Shown: positions 1 through 13,200 of the stretch, piece after piece
Layout: each line of letters opens with the position of its first letter
Numbering within the stretch: position 1 is the stretch's first letter
Origin: Isurus oxyrinchus
Lineage: Eukaryota
DNA length: 64,000 bases
NCBI GenBank assembly: GCA_026770705.1
Contig: JANJGN010000121.1
Coordinates: 186,001-250,000 of the forward strand
Direction: 5' to 3'
Program-made: the position numbers and the translations under genes
Notes under the pieces: model-generated
What the model was told of the DNA's origin: nothing
The model's database searches: none
The model's input: only the letters and a program-made list of their open reading frames with translations

Positions 1-120
1 GGTTGTAGATCTGTCTATTCTGACTGCTGCTGTGCTCATGGTGACTTCTCAATCACATGAGAGTCTCTGAGATCCTCCACACCCAAGGATTAAGGAGAGA
101 CTTCCAAAGATTCAGGACCC
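1..120. repeat. Direct duplicate of 10100-10220 (segmental duplication piece, probably continuing left of the window)
   Basis: ggttgtagatctgtctattctgactg...gattcaggaccctgtactgaag is nearly identical at 1 and 10100; both run into a 33-bp array. Confidence 0.95.
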
Positions 121-492
121 TGTACTGAAGAGGTGCTGCACTGTCAGAGGGTCAGTACTGAGGGAGTGCTGCACTGTCAGAGGGTCAGTACTGAGGGAGT
201 GCTGCACTGTCAGAGGGTCAGTACTGAGGAAGTGCTGCACTGTCAGAGGGTCAGTACTGAGGGAGTGCTGCACTGTCAGAGAGTCAGTACTGAGGGAGTG
301 CTGCACTGTCAGAGGGTCAGTACTGAGGGAGTGCTGCACTGTCAGAGGGTCAGTACTGAAGCAATGCTGCACTGTCAGAGGGTCAGTATTGAGGGAGTGC
401 TGCACTGTCAGAGGGTCAGTACTGAGGGAGTGCTGCACTGTAAGAGAGTCAGTACTGAAGCAATGCTGCACTGTCAGAGGGTCAGTACTGAA
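118..492 (+). repeat. 33-bp minisatellite array
   Basis: Tandem gtgctgcactgtcagagggtcagtactgaggga units. Confidence 0.97.
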
Positions 493-498
493 GAGGGA

Positions 499-585
499 CC
501 CTGAGAATGTGAAAGGTGTGATATCAATGTAGGTTCCTTCACCACAAAGCACTTAATTCAGGCAGACACTTCAGTTCAGTACTGA
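499..585 (-). other. Remnant of gene A intron 4, homologous to gene B 31895-31977 just upstream of the Ig3 exon
   Basis: Reverse complement matches ctgaactgaagtgtctgcctg...cacacctttcacattctcag; homology stops about 57 bp short of the acceptor. Confidence 0.85.
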
Positions 586-1368
586 GGGAGTGCTGTATTG
601 TTGGAGGGTCAGTACTGATGGAGTGCTGCACTGTTGGAGGGTCAGTACTGAGGTAGTGCTGCACTGTGGGAGGGTCAGTACTGAGGGAGAGCTGCCCTCT
701 TGGCGCGTGAGTACTGATGACCTGCTGCACTGTTGGAGGGCAGGTACTGTGAAAGCTGCACTGCCGCATAGTCAGTACTGAGCAAGTACTTCACTGTCAG
801 AGAATCAGTACTGAGGGAGTGCTGAACTGTTGGAGGATCAGTACTGAGGGAGTGCTGCACTGTTGGAGGATCAGGACTGAGGGAGTGGTGCACTGTCGGA
901 GGGTCAGTACTGATGGACTGCTGCACTGTTGGAAGATCAGTACTGAGGGAGTGCTGCACTGTCGGAGGGTCAGTACTGATGGAGTGGTGCACTGTCAGAG
1001 GGTCAGTACTGAGGGAGTGCTGCACTGTTGGAGGGTCAGTACTGAGGGAGTGCTGCACTGTTGGAGGGTCAGTACTAGGGGAGTGTTGCACTGTTGGAGG
1101 GCCAGTACTGGAAGAGTGCTGCACTCTCGGAGGGTCAGTACTTAGGGAATGCTGCACTGTCGGAGGGTCAGTACTGAGGGAGTGCTGCACTGTCGGAGGG
1201 TCAGTAATTAGGGAGCTCTGCACTGTTGGAGGGTCAGTACTGAGGGAGTGCTGCACTGTTGGAGGGTCAATACTTAGGGAATGCTGCACTGCCAGAGGGT
1301 CAGTACTGAGGGAGTGCTGCACTGTTGGAGGGTCAGTAATTAGGGAGATCTGCACTGTCGGAGGGTGA
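575..1368 (+). repeat. 33-bp minisatellite array (diverged units)
   Basis: Tandem units of the same family. Confidence 0.95.
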
Positions 1369-1369
1369 T

Positions 1370-4300
1370 AAGACCATAAGACCACAGGACGTCAGAGCAG
1401 AAGGAGGCCATTCGGCCAATCAACTCTGCTCCGCCATTCAATGACACCATGGCTGATCTGACAATCCTCAACTCCACTTTCCTGCCTCTTCCCCATAGCC
1501 TTTGATTCCCTGACTGATTAAAAAACTGTGTATCTCAGCCTTGAATATAATTAATGACCCAGCCTCTGCAGCTCTCTGCAGTAAAGAATTCCACACATTC
1601 ACTACCCTCTGAGAGAAGAAACTCCTCATCTCTGTCTTAAATGGGTGACCCCTTACTCTGAGATTATGCCCTCTGGTCCTAGACTCTCCCACAATGGGAA
1701 ACAACCTCTCAGCATCTACCCTGTCAAGCACCCTAAGAATCTTATATGTTTCAATAAGGTCAGCTCTCATTCTCCTAAACTCCAATGAGTACAGGCCCAT
1801 CCTACTCAACCTCTCCTCATATGAAAATCCCTCCATTACTGGGATCAACTTAGTGAACCTTCTCTGGACTGCCTCCGATGCCAGTACATCTTTACTTAGA
1901 TAAGGGAACCAAAACTGCTCACAGTATTCTAGGTGTGGTCTAACTAGTGCCTTGTATAGTTTTAGCAAGGCTTCCCTATTTTTATACTCCTTTCCCTTTG
2001 AAATAAAGGCCAACATTCCACCTGCCTTCCCTATTAACTGTTGAACTTGTATGTTATCTTTCTGATGACCCCCAAATTCCTCTATGCTTCAGCTTTCCAA
2101 TGTCTTTCTCCATTGAAATAATATTCAGCTCCTCTATACATCCTGCCACAGTGCAGCAGCTCACATTTTCCCACATTATATTCCATCTGCCAAGTTGATG
2201 CCCATTCACTGAACCTGTCTATGTCCCTCTGTAGACTCTTCGTGTCACCCTCACCACTTGCCTTCCCATCTATTTTTGTGCCATCCACAAACTTGGCGAT
2301 AGTACATTAATTTCCCTCATCCAAGTCATTAATTATATATTGTAAATAATTGTGGCCCCAGCACTGATCCCTGTGGCAATCCACAGGTTGCCATTCTGAA
2401 AATGCCCCCCTTATCCCAACTCTCTGACTTCTATTAGTTAGCCGATCCTCTATCCATGCTAATATACTGCCCCCAACACCATGGGCTCTTATCTTATTAA
2501 GTAGCCTTATATGTGGTACTTTACTGAATGCCTTTTGGAAATCCAAATATATTACATCTACTGGTTCCCCTTTATCTATCCTGTTTGTTACCTCCTCAAA
2601 GAATTCTAATAAATTTGTCATGCATGATTTCCCCTTCATGAAGCCTGTGTTTGTTTAAATTATGCATTTCTAAATAGTCTGCTATTACATCCTTTATAAT
2701 GGACTCTAACATGTTCCCAATGACAGATGTTAAGCTAACTGGCCTATAGTTACCTGTTTGTTGTCTCCCTCCCTTTTTGAATATGGGTGTTACTTTGGCA
2801 GATTTCCAATCCTCTGGGAGTTTCCCAGAATCTAAGGATTCTTGGAAGATTAAAACCAGTACATCCACTATCTCTGCATCTACTTCCTTTAATATCCTAA
2901 GATGCAACCTATCAGGTCCAGGGGACCTATCAGACTTGAGAGCCATTAGTTTCGCTAGCGTTATTCTCTAGTGATAGTTATTGTATTTATTTCCTCTCCC
3001 CACCCCCCTTTTGCCCCTTGATTATTTAGTATTTTTGGAATGATATTAGTGTGTTCTACCGTGAAGACTGATGCAAAGTATTTATTCAACTCCTCTGTCA
3101 TTTTCTGGTTCCCCATTATTATTTCCCCAGCCTAGTTCTCTAAGGGGCCTATGAACACTTTGGTCTCTCTCTCCCTTTTTATATATTTAAAGGAGCTTTT
3201 ATTGTCCTTTTTATATCAATTGCTAGTTTACCTAGTTTTCTCCCTCTTTATTTATTTTTTGGTCATCTTCTGTTGGTTTTTAAAACTCTCTCAATCCTCT
3301 GGCTTACCACTAATCTTTGTCGTGCTGCATGTTTTTTCTTTCAATTTGACACACACCTTAACTTCTTTGGGTAACCCAGGTTGGTTTATTCTCTTCCTAC
3401 AATCCTTCTTTCTCACTGGGATATATCGTTGTTGTGAGTCATGAGCTATTTTCTTAAACATCTGCTTTGTTCATCCAGCATCTTTTCTGCTAAACCCCTT
3501 TCCCAGTCCACTCCAGACAACCCTGTCCTTATTCCTTTGTAATTACACTTATTTAAGTCCAGCACAGTTGTTTCCGACCCAGGTTTCTCAGTCTCAGAGG
3601 GAATGCTAAATTCTACCAGGTTATGTTCACTGTTTTCCACGGGATCATTTATTCTGAGATCATGTATGAAACCTGCCTCATTACACATTACCAGATCCAA
3701 AATAGCCTGATCCCTGGTTAGATCCACGACATATTATTCCAGGAAACTGTCTTGAATACACTCTATGAATTCTTGCTCATGGCTACCTCTGCCAATTGGG
3801 TTTTCCCAATCTACATGAAGATTAATGTACTGCCTTTTTTACATGCCCTCATTATCTCATGATTTATTCTCTGTCCTACAGCCGAGCTACAGTCATGGGG
3901 CTGATAGACCACTCCCACCAGTTCCTACCTCCCCTTGTTATTCATTACCTCGAGCCATATGGATTCTATACCCTCCGATCCAAGATCATTTCTTGCTTTC
4001 GTACTTATTCCATCTCCTATTAACAAAGCTACCCCACCACCTTTCCTTCCTGCCTGTCTTTTTGAAAAGACACATACCCCTGAATATTTATTTCAAAGCT
4101 TTGATCTCCTTGTAACCATGTCTCCATAATGGCTATAAGATCAAACCCATTAACCTCTATTTTTGCCTTTAATTCATTTATTTTGTTCCAAATACTATGT
4201 GCATTTAAGTCAAGAGCCATTAATTTTGTCTTTTTATCATTTTCCTCCCTCTGACTCTATTTGCTGATGTATTTTAATGTTTGGACACTGTGTACCCACC

Positions 4301-4415
4301 TGTCACACACTGGGTATCATCACCAAAACAGCTATCCTGCAATGCTGGCAAATCCTTTTGCTTTGTAAGCCTACATATACCCTCTCCAGAACACTCTCCC
4401 CATCTATTTAGTTTA
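1370..4415 (-). mobile_element. Degenerate CR1-clade LINE (ORF2 endonuclease + reverse transcriptase)
   Basis: Frameshifted fragments LNAHSIWNK...ETWL (EN), SPGPDRLHLRILKE, NYRPVSLTS, YLDFQKAF, LYKALVRPHLEYC, RTRGHNLR; 3' tail near 1375. Confidence 0.92.
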
Positions 4416-4419
4416 AAGG

Positions 4420-4682
4420 CAATACTGAGGGAGAGCAGCACTGTCAAAGGGTCATTACTGAGGGAGTGTTGCACTGTCAGTGGGTCAGGACTGAGGGAGT
4501 GCTGCACTGTCAGAGGGTCAGTACTGAGGGAGTGCTGCACTGTCGGAGGGTCAGTACTGAGGGAGTGCTGACTGTCAGAGGGTCAGTACTGAGGGAGTGT
4601 TGCATTGTCATAGGGTCAGTACTGAGGGAGTGCTGCACTGTCATAGGGTCAGTACTGAGGGAGTGCTGCACTGTCAGGGGGT
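4420..4682 (+). repeat. 33-bp minisatellite array
   Basis: Tandem units. Confidence 0.93.
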
Positions 4683-4899
4683 GAGTACATTGCGATTCCT
4701 GCTCTGCTCTATCGGTCTCTTGGCTGGAAATAAAAGCCGCTGTGTTACTGTTCAGAAACTGTTATTAATTGTGTTCCGGTCACTATTTTCCCTAAAAAAC
4801 AGATTATCTGATTCTCATCAGAATACCTTTCTATGGGATCCTGCTGTGCATTATCTACACTGTTCTAGCTAATGTAGAATGAAAGGTGTCCGTACTTAC

Positions 4900-5196
4900 G
4901 TTGCACAGTTAGTACGAGGGTCCGCTCCGATGAAACAGATGGATATCTCACTCTGCAGCTGAGAGTGTGTCCGTGGTGTTTGAGTGATGGGGTCAGGGTC
5001 AGAACAGAAGTATAGGTCAGAGTGACACCATGCTGAGTTACAGTGTTTGAGACGGATCCAGGTACGTCAGTGGGAGTGTCCCAGGTTAAGACAGGTGCTG
5101 CTGTTCCATTGCACGTTGTGTTGAAGGTGCAGCTTACATCCACACGCTTTCCTGCAATAATTTCAGCAGGGAATATCGTGGGTTTATCTGTGAAAT
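4900..5196 (-). CDS. Siglec-like gene A, exon 4: C2-type Ig domain 2
   Basis: ctcag/gtaagt bounds, 297 nt, phase 1-1; DFTDKPTIFPAEIIAGKRVDVSCTFNTTCNGTAAPVLTW...YTSVLTLTPSLKHHGHTLSCRV, with the extra Cys of Siglec domain 2. Confidence 0.92.
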
Positions 5197-6055
5197 CTGA
5201 GAGACAGAAAATGGATCTTTTTAGAGAAATATAACGTGAAGCATCAGTTCAAATAGAAATCACAGTCCCACAAGAGAAAGCACTTTTACAAGGATGATAT
5301 CAGAACTGAGAGGTTACAATGATCAGGAAAGATTTTCTTGCTCTTTGGCAGTTGTGTTTCTGTCTCTCAGCTTAATACACGTTCACTCCGAGACATGTGA
5401 ATTGAGAATACTGGATGAGAGAAGAGGCTCAGACCAGAGATTGGAGTTAAAAGCAGAATACTGCGGATGCTGGAAATCTGAAACAAAAACAAAAATTGCT
5501 GGAAAGACTCAGCAGGTCTGACAGTATCAGTGGAGAGGAAGACAGGGTTAACGTTTCGAGTCCGTATGACTCTTCATCAGACCAGAGGTTTGAGTTCACT
5601 GGCTTCTCATTTCCTCAGTGATCTGGGTGATTTATCACCTTGTGGTTTGTTGGATCTTGCTGTGCACAAACTGCCTGCTGTGTTTAACATCTGTGACCAC
5701 AATTCAGGAATAATTTCATTGGCTGTGAAGGGATTTGGATCCACCTGAGGTGGTAAATTGCGCAGCAGAAATGCACATCTTTCTTTTATCGATACGTCAG
5801 ACTTTTAAACAGGACAGGAGAGATTGATGGGAGTGGATAACCTGATAATACAGTTAATGCTTTTCATCATTGATATTAAAGTGAGTATTAGAGGTTGCTT
5901 TAGGACTGAACCGGAAGCTATCACCAGGTTATTGAGAATCAGACAGTGTGTTATATTAAGCTGTGTTTTGTGTTAATATGTAAACGTCACAGTTTGTGTT
6001 ATTTCCCATTGAGTGTTGAATGTGAATTGTTGAGTAATTATAACACAGCACTTAC

Positions 6056-6424
6056 CAGAAACATGAAGCTGGGTTACAGGGTAATAGTTATGGTTCGGAC
6101 CATTGTCAAATTCTATCCTGAAAAAATAAGGTCCTGCATCTTCCCGTCTGATGTTGTTTATAATCAGGGAACAGTCGCCATCTTTCAGGTCTCCAGACAG
6201 CCGGGTCCGATGGTGGAACCGTGGTAACTCGTGACTGTGATCCTTGGAGTGAAAGGCAATGGGAGCCCAGGGAATCTGTTTCTCATTATTAAACCAGACT
6301 CCACCTCGCGGTTGGCTTTCCAAATGTGATGGATAACTGTAATGACATGAAATCTGTACACACGAACCTTCCTGCGCTGTCATCTCTCGGGGAGTGTCAC
6401 CTTTCCACTCTTGTGACAGTCCAA
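6056..6424 (-). CDS. Siglec-like gene A, exon 3: V-set sialic-acid-binding Ig domain
   Basis: cccag/gtaagt bounds, 369 nt, phase 1-1; GSCVQISCHYSYP, GDCSLIINN, DAGPYFFRIE (conserved F-strand Arg). Confidence 0.93.
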
Positions 6425-7057
6425 CTGGGGAGAGAAATATCAATATTTAACTCTGGATGTTTTGAAGATCCATGAGGCTCAATATCCACCCCCTCCATCA
6501 CTGGGGCACAGTGGCTGCAGTGTGGACCATCTACAGGACACACAAGGTACTCCCCAAGGTTTCACAATGGATGGAAGAGAGTCCTGGACACAGGAGTGGA
6601 CTAGTTCATTCTACATTGGCTCATGGTCCTCAGGACCCTGTTTAGTGAAGCCAGTGAGACAGTGTCACTGTGCCTTGTATTATAATGCTCCTGTGTAGCC
6701 CCTTGGATTTTTTTTTTTACAGTTAAGGCGCTATGTAAATATAATCTATTGCTCTCTGCTCATCTGGACCATTTGGATTCTTCATTTCAAGCGGACTGGT
6801 GACAGCTTCATGTTCAGTCCAAATGCAGCCTCTAAGTATCACTTTAATGTCAATGATTAAATGTGACCCAACACAGTGTCTACAAGACACACCAACTGAG
6901 ATCCATTCAGTGCTGATTTACAAGACAGGACAATGGATTAGGAGCCCTCAGAACTCCCCCCATTATCACCGTCATGAATCACTAATTAGCCTAACATTCC
7001 TGTCTGCTCTTCAACACAGCTGATTGGCTAATCTGATTCAATCTGATTGGTGCACTT

Positions 7058-7162
7058 TGGACCTTTATTGTCTGAGGAATCTCTTTGGATCCTCATTGTT
7101 TAAGGAATCTCTTTGGATCCTCATTGTCTAAGGAATCTCTATGGATCCTCATTGTCTAAGGG
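7058..7162. repeat. About 28-bp tandem repeat in gene A intron 2
   Basis: ggaatctctttggatcctcattgtctaa, 3-4 copies. Confidence 0.85.
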
Positions 7163-7957
7163 ATTATTTCTGATCCAAACCCCATATTGTTGTATTGTTG
7201 ATTCCGATGCAGCATTGTAGACTGACTTGTCCCCAAGCTCAGCACTGACCCTTCTCCAGCAGACACTGTGAAACACACTAACAAAGCGCCTCTCGCCTGA
7301 GCTCTGCATGTGTTGAGAGAAAGACAAATATGCAAACTGAATATTGACACCTTTACACACGGACAGCTTTACCTTCCTTCTCTCTTTCAGTTATCTTGCT
7401 CCCTTATTGAAGTATCTAGCAAGGTGAGAATGGACAGGAAGTGTGACACTGAACAGCCTGTCTATTCTAGGAGCTGCTGTGTTGTCTTCATGGGAAATTC
7501 TGAATAAAATCAGCAAAAGACACATTTCAGGATATTGCTATCAGACACCTAACATAGAGAGAGACTTCATCCTCCAGTTTTTATCCTGATTTTCTACTCA
7601 ACCTTTTACCACCCTTCCCCCCATCCACACTGACTTACATAGGCTCCCAGTCAAGCAGTGCCTCCATTTTAAGATTCTCATGCTCAATTCCCAATCCCCC
7701 CAACCCCCTCTCCACTCGCTGGCTCTGTAACCTCATCCAGCCCCTTCATCCCTCTCAGATCTCTGCTCTCCTCCAATTCTGCTGTCAGACAGGGAGTCAG
7801 TGTATATCAGTGAGCACAGGGGTGATGGGTCAATGGGACTTGGTGTGAGGTTGTACACCGGCTCACTGCTGAATCGGTTCCCAATCACAGCTCAATAAGA
7901 ATGTTCTTTTACAAAGACTATTAGCCATAAATCTGTTTGAGCTGACGATGATATTAC

Positions 7958-7997
7958 CTTGGAGAAGTGACAGGAGGAAGAAAGATTTCCCGATCAT
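7958..7997 (-). CDS. Siglec-like gene A, exon 2 coding part: signal peptide MIGKSFFLLSLLQ
   Basis: ATG at 7997, donor G|gtaat phase 1, acceptor tttcag at 8040; splices in frame to VGLSQEWK. Confidence 0.88.
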
Positions 7998-8448
7998 TGT
8001 CCACTCCCAGATATTTCCTCAGCTTCTAGCTCTGAAGTTCTGAAAGAGAAAGGAGTTAATGAGACCTCACCTCTTGTCCGACAGCTCTCGAGAGATCAGA
8101 ACTGCTTTTGGACAATGTCTTCACGGATCTAATTTGATTCTCTGTGGGATGATAGGTGCTCTGCAGAGAGTTACAAGGCTTTAAGAAAGAAAAACATTGA
8201 AGGACTTGCATTTCTATAGCACCTTTCACCACCTCAGGACGTCCCCAAGCTCATGTCTCTGCAATTCCCTCATCCCTTGAGCTAGAAAGTTGTTCTGTAC
8301 AACAGACTTGAGCCTCACACCCAGATCTCAATAATCAGTAGAAATCTTTCAAAGGCATCAATCATTGGAATCTGTCTTTATAAAGTCACAACATCAACAA
8401 AGGACGGTGTTGGTCGTGGAAGTGAATTCCAATCGTTCCGTTACTTAC

Positions 8449-8530
8449 CCAGGACCTGTCCGACTGCTCGCCTGGGGAGGTACTGCCCACACGCTCTGCT
8501 TGGGCTGAATGACCTCTTCCTGTGCTGCTC
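8449..8530 (-). other. Gene A probable non-coding exon 1
   Basis: Consensus donor GG|gtaagt at 8448; conserved in three copies (8449, 19211, 25712); 5' end approximate. Confidence 0.65.
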
Positions 8531-8819
8531 CCTCTGTGTATTTAATTAGAAAGGGTTGATGTGTCACTGTGAGTCAAAATGTGGAAGTGGTCACTTTGTG
8601 AGGATGCAGCTCATGTTTAGAGTTTTTTGAAGCTGTTAACCCTTTGCGTTCTGGACTTGTGATGATATTTCTGCTCAAAAGTGGAAAGTCATTGACCAGG
8701 AATTTCTCCTGTGGGTCATTGGGTTTCAAACCCTCTCTCGCTGTCTGAGTGAGAAGGTCGTCTGTTCGAGATTCATTTGGCAAAATTCAGACTGCCAAAC
8801 CAGACCGGCACTCGGTGTC

Positions 8820-9210
8820 AGGACTGAGAGTCCTGCACTGTCAGAGGGTCATTCCTGAGGGCATGCTGCACTGTTGCAGGGTCAGTACTGAAGCAGTGCT
8901 GCACTGTCAGAGGCTCAGTATTGTGGTAGTGCTGCACTGCCAGAGGGTCAGTAGTGAGGGAATGCTGCACTGTCAGAGGCTCAGTATTGTGGGAGTGCTG
9001 CACTGCCAGAGGGTCAGTACTGAGGGAGTGCTGCACTGTCAGAGGGTCATTCCTGAGGGCGTGCTGCACTGTTGGAGGGTCAGTATTGTGGGAGTGCTGC
9101 ACTGCCAGAGGGTCAGTACTGAGGGAGTGCTGCACTGTCAGAGGGTCAGTACTGAGGGAGTGCTGCACTGTTGGAGAATCAGTACTGAGGGAGTGCTGCA
9201 CTGTCAGAGG
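8820..9210 (+). repeat. 33-bp minisatellite array
   Basis: Tandem units. Confidence 0.95.
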
Positions 9211-9214
9211 ATCA

Positions 9215-9368
9215 AATTATTTCTGATCCAAACCCCATATTGTTGTATTGTTGATTCCGATGCAGCATTGTAGACTGACATGTCCCCAAGCTCAGCACTG
9301 ACCCTACTCCAGCAGACCCTGTGAAACACACTAACAAAGCGCCTCTAGCCTGAGCTCTGCATGTGTTG
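9215..9368. repeat. Displaced duplicate of gene A intron 2 segment 7163-7315
   Basis: attatttctgatccaaaccccatattgttg...gagctctgcatgtgttg nearly identical; abuts the minisatellite. Confidence 0.9.
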
Positions 9369-10219
9369 GAGGTGCCGCTGTGGTGGGTTCATGACCTTCA
9401 CCATCCGCTTCACTGAGTTTCGGTTAAAACTGAACTGGAACACACACTAAACGCTGATGGAAACCATCACTTCCTCTTCTCCAACATGAAGAGTTTCAGC
9501 AGAAGAGGTAAACTGTTGCTGAAAAGGAACTTTCTTCATCATATCACAGAATCACACAGAATAGCAGGAGGCCATTCATGCCATCTTGGCTGTGCTAGCT
9601 CTTTAAAAGAAGCACACAATTGGTTTCAATCCACCTCTCTTCCCCCATCGTCCTTCAAATTCTTCCTGTTCCAGATTGAATCCAAATTCATGAATATAAA
9701 TCCCCTCAGATGGGAGTAACCATCACTGAGCAGGCAGGTTAGGTTTTATTGTACACAGCGAGTTGCTGTGATCTGGAAGGTGCTGCCTGAAAGGGCGGTG
9801 GAAGCAGATTCAATAGGATCTTTCAAAATACTTGCAGAGTGTGAGAGAATGGGAGATTGGGACCAATTGGATATCTGTCCCAGGAGACCAGGACAGGGAC
9901 AATGGGCTGAATGGCCTCTTTCTGTGCTGTTTGATTCTGTGGTTTTCTAATATTTATCTGCGCTGCAGATCAGAGACAAACAGGAAACAATAAACTTCTG
10001 ACCTTTCCACACAGGCTGAATTGTCATCTCTTTATTTTCAGCCAGTTTGCTTAATTCTTGTGGTTTGGTGGTGAAACTGTGCAGCAAGTGTGAGTGTTGG
10101 GTTGTAGATCTGTCTATTCTGACTGCTGCTGTGCTCATGGTGACTTCTCAATTACATGAGAGTCTCTGAGATCCTCCACACCCAAGGATTAAGGAGAGAC
10201 TTCCAACGATTCAGGACCC

Positions 10220-13200
10220 TGTACTGAAGAGGTGCTGCACTGTCAGAGGGTCAGTACTGAGGGAGTGCTGCACTGTCAGAGGGTCAGTACTGAGGGAGTG
10301 CTGCACTGTCAGAGGGTCAGTACTGAAGAGGTGCTGCACTGTCAGAGGGTCAGTACTGAGGGAGTGCTGCACTGTCAGAGGATCAGTACTGAGGGAGTGC
10401 TGCACTGTCAGAGGGTCAGTACTGAGGGAGTGCTGCACTGTCAGAGGGTCAGTACTGAAGAGGTGCTGCACTGTCAGAGGGTCAGTACTGAGGGAGTGCT
10501 GCACTGTCAGAGGGTCAGTACTGAGGGAGTGCTGCACTGTCAGAGGGTCAGTACTGAGGGAGTGCTGCACTGTCAGAGGGTCAGTACTGAAGAGGTGCTG
10601 CACTGTCAGAGGGTCAGTACTGAGGGAGTGCTGCACTGTCAGAGGGTCAGTACTGAGGGAGTGCTGCACTGTCAGAGGGTCAGTACTGAGGGAGTGCTGC
10701 ACTGTCAGAGGGTCAGTACTGAGGGAGTGCTGCACTGTCAGAGGGTCAGTACTGAGGGAGTGCTGCACTGTCAGAGGGTCAGTACTGAGGGAGTGCTGCA
10801 CTGTCAGAGGGTCAGTACTGAGGGAGTGCTGCACTGTCAGAGGGTCAGTACTGAAGAGGTGCTGCACTGTCAGAGGGTCAGTACTGAGGGAGTGCTGCAC
10901 TGTCAGAGGGTCAGTACTGAGGGAGTGCTGCACTGGCAGAGGGTCAGTACTGAGGGAGTGCTGCACTGTCAGAGGGTCAATACTGAAGAGGTGCTGCACT
11001 GTCAAAGGGTCAGTACTGAAGAGGTGCTGCACTGTCAGAGGGTCAGTACTGAGGGAGTGCTGCACTGTCAGAGGGTCAGTACTGAGGGAGTGCTGCACTG
11101 GCAGAGGGTCAGTACTGAGGGAGTGCTGCACTGTCAGAGGGTCAGTACTGAAGCAATGCTGCACTGTCAGAGGGTCAGTATTGAGGGAGTGCTGCACTGT
11201 CAGAGAGTCAGTACTGAGGGAGTGCCGCACTGTAAGAGGGTCAGTACTGAAGCAATGCTGCACTGTAAGAGGGTCAGTACTGAGGGAGTGCTGCACTGTC
11301 AGAGGGTCAGTACTGAGGGAGTGCTGCACTGTCAGAGGGTCAGTACTGAGGGAGTGCTGCACTGTCAGAGGGTCAGTACTGAGTGAGTGCTGCACTGTCA
11401 GAGGGTCTGTACTGAAGAGGTGCTGCACTGTCAGAGGGTCAGTACTGAGGGAGTGCTGCACTGTCAGAGGGTCAGTACTGAGGGAGTGCTGCACTGGCAG
11501 AGGGTCAGTACTGAGGGAGTGCTGCACTGTCAGAGGGTCAGTACTGAAGCAATGCTGCACTGTCAGAGGGTCAGTATTGAGGGAGTGCTGCACTGTCAGA
11601 GAGTCAGTACTGAGGGAGTGCCGCACTGTAAGAGGGTCAGTACTGAAGCAATGCTGCACTGTCAGAGGTTCAGTACTGAAGAGGTGCTGCACTGTAAGAG
11701 GGTCAGTACTGAGGGAGTGCTGCACTGTGGGAGGGTCAGTACTGAGGGAGTGCTGCACTGTCAGAGGGTCAGTACTGAGGGAGTGCTGCACTGTCAGAGG
11801 GTCAGTACTGAGGGAGTGCTGCACTGTCATAGGGTCAGTACTGAGCGAGTGCTGCACTGTCATAGGGTCAGTACTGAGTGAGTGCTGCACTGTCAGAGGG
11901 TCAGTACTGAGAGAGTGCTGCACTGTCAGAGGGTCAATGCTGAGGGAGTGCTGCACTGTGGGAGAGTCAGTACTGAGGGAGTGCTGCACTGTCGGAGGGT
12001 CAGTACTGAAGAGGTGCTGCACTGTCAGAGGGTCAGTACTGAGGGAGTGCTGCACTGTCAGAGGGTCAGTACTGAGGGAGTGCTGCACTGTCAGAGGGTC
12101 AGTACTGAGGGAGTGCTGCACTGTCAGAGGGTCAGTACTGAGGGAGTGCTGCACTGTCAGAGGGTCAGTACTGAGGGAGTGCTGCACTGTCAGAGGGTCA
12201 GTACTGAGGGAGTGCTGCACTGTCAGAGGGTCAGTACTGAGGGAGTGCTGCACTGTCAGAGGGTCAGTACTGAAGAGGTCCTGCACTGTCAGAGGGTCAG
12301 TACTGAGGGAGTGCTGCACTGTCAGAGGGTCAGTACTGAGGGAGTGCTGCACTGTCAGAGGGTCAGTACTGAGGGAGTGCTGCACTGTCAGAGGGTCAGT
12401 ACTGAGGGAGTGCTGCACTGTCAGAGGGTCAGTACTGAGGGAGTGCTGCACTGTCAGAGGGTCAGTACTGAGGGAGTGCTGCACTGTCAGAGGGTCAGTA
12501 CTGAAGAGGTGCTGCACTGTCAGAGGGTCAGTACTGAGGGAGTGCTGCACTGTCAGAGGGTCAGTAATGAGGGAGTGCTGCACTGTCAGAGGGTCAGTAC
12601 TGAGGGAGTGCTGCACTGTCAGAGGGTCAGTACTGAAGAGGTGCTGCACTGTCAGAGGGTCAGTACTGAAGAGGTGCTGCACTGTCAGAGGGTCAGTACT
12701 GAGGGAGTGCTGCACTGTCAGAGGATCAGTACTGAGGGAGTGCTGCACTGTCAGAGGGTCAGTACTGAGGGAGTGCTGCACTGTCAGAGGGTCAGTACTG
12801 AAGAGGTGCTGCACTGTCAGAGGGTCAGTACTGAGGGAGTGCTGCACTGTCAGAGGGTCAGTACTGAGGGAGTGCTGCACTGTCAGAGGGTCAGTACTGA
12901 GGGAGTGCTGCACTGTCAGAGGGTCAGTACTGAAGAGGTGCTGCACTGTCAGAGGGTCAGTACTGAGGGAGTGCTGCACTGTCAGAGGGTCAGTACTGAG
13001 GGAGTGCTGCACTGTCAGAGGGTCAGTACTGAGGGAGTGCTGCACTGTCAGAGGGTCAGTACTGAGGGAGTGCTGCACTGTCAGAGGGTCAGTACTGAGG
13101 GAGTGCTGCACTGTCAGAGGGTCAGTACTGAGGGAGTGCTGCACTGTCAGAGGGTCAGTACTGAGGGAGTGCTGCACTGTCAGAGGGTCAGTACTGAAGA

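Noticed and set aside
4900-8530. Assigning MAG, CD22 or CD33 symbols to genes A-D
   Set aside because: Domain count and sequence do not let me establish orthology by eye
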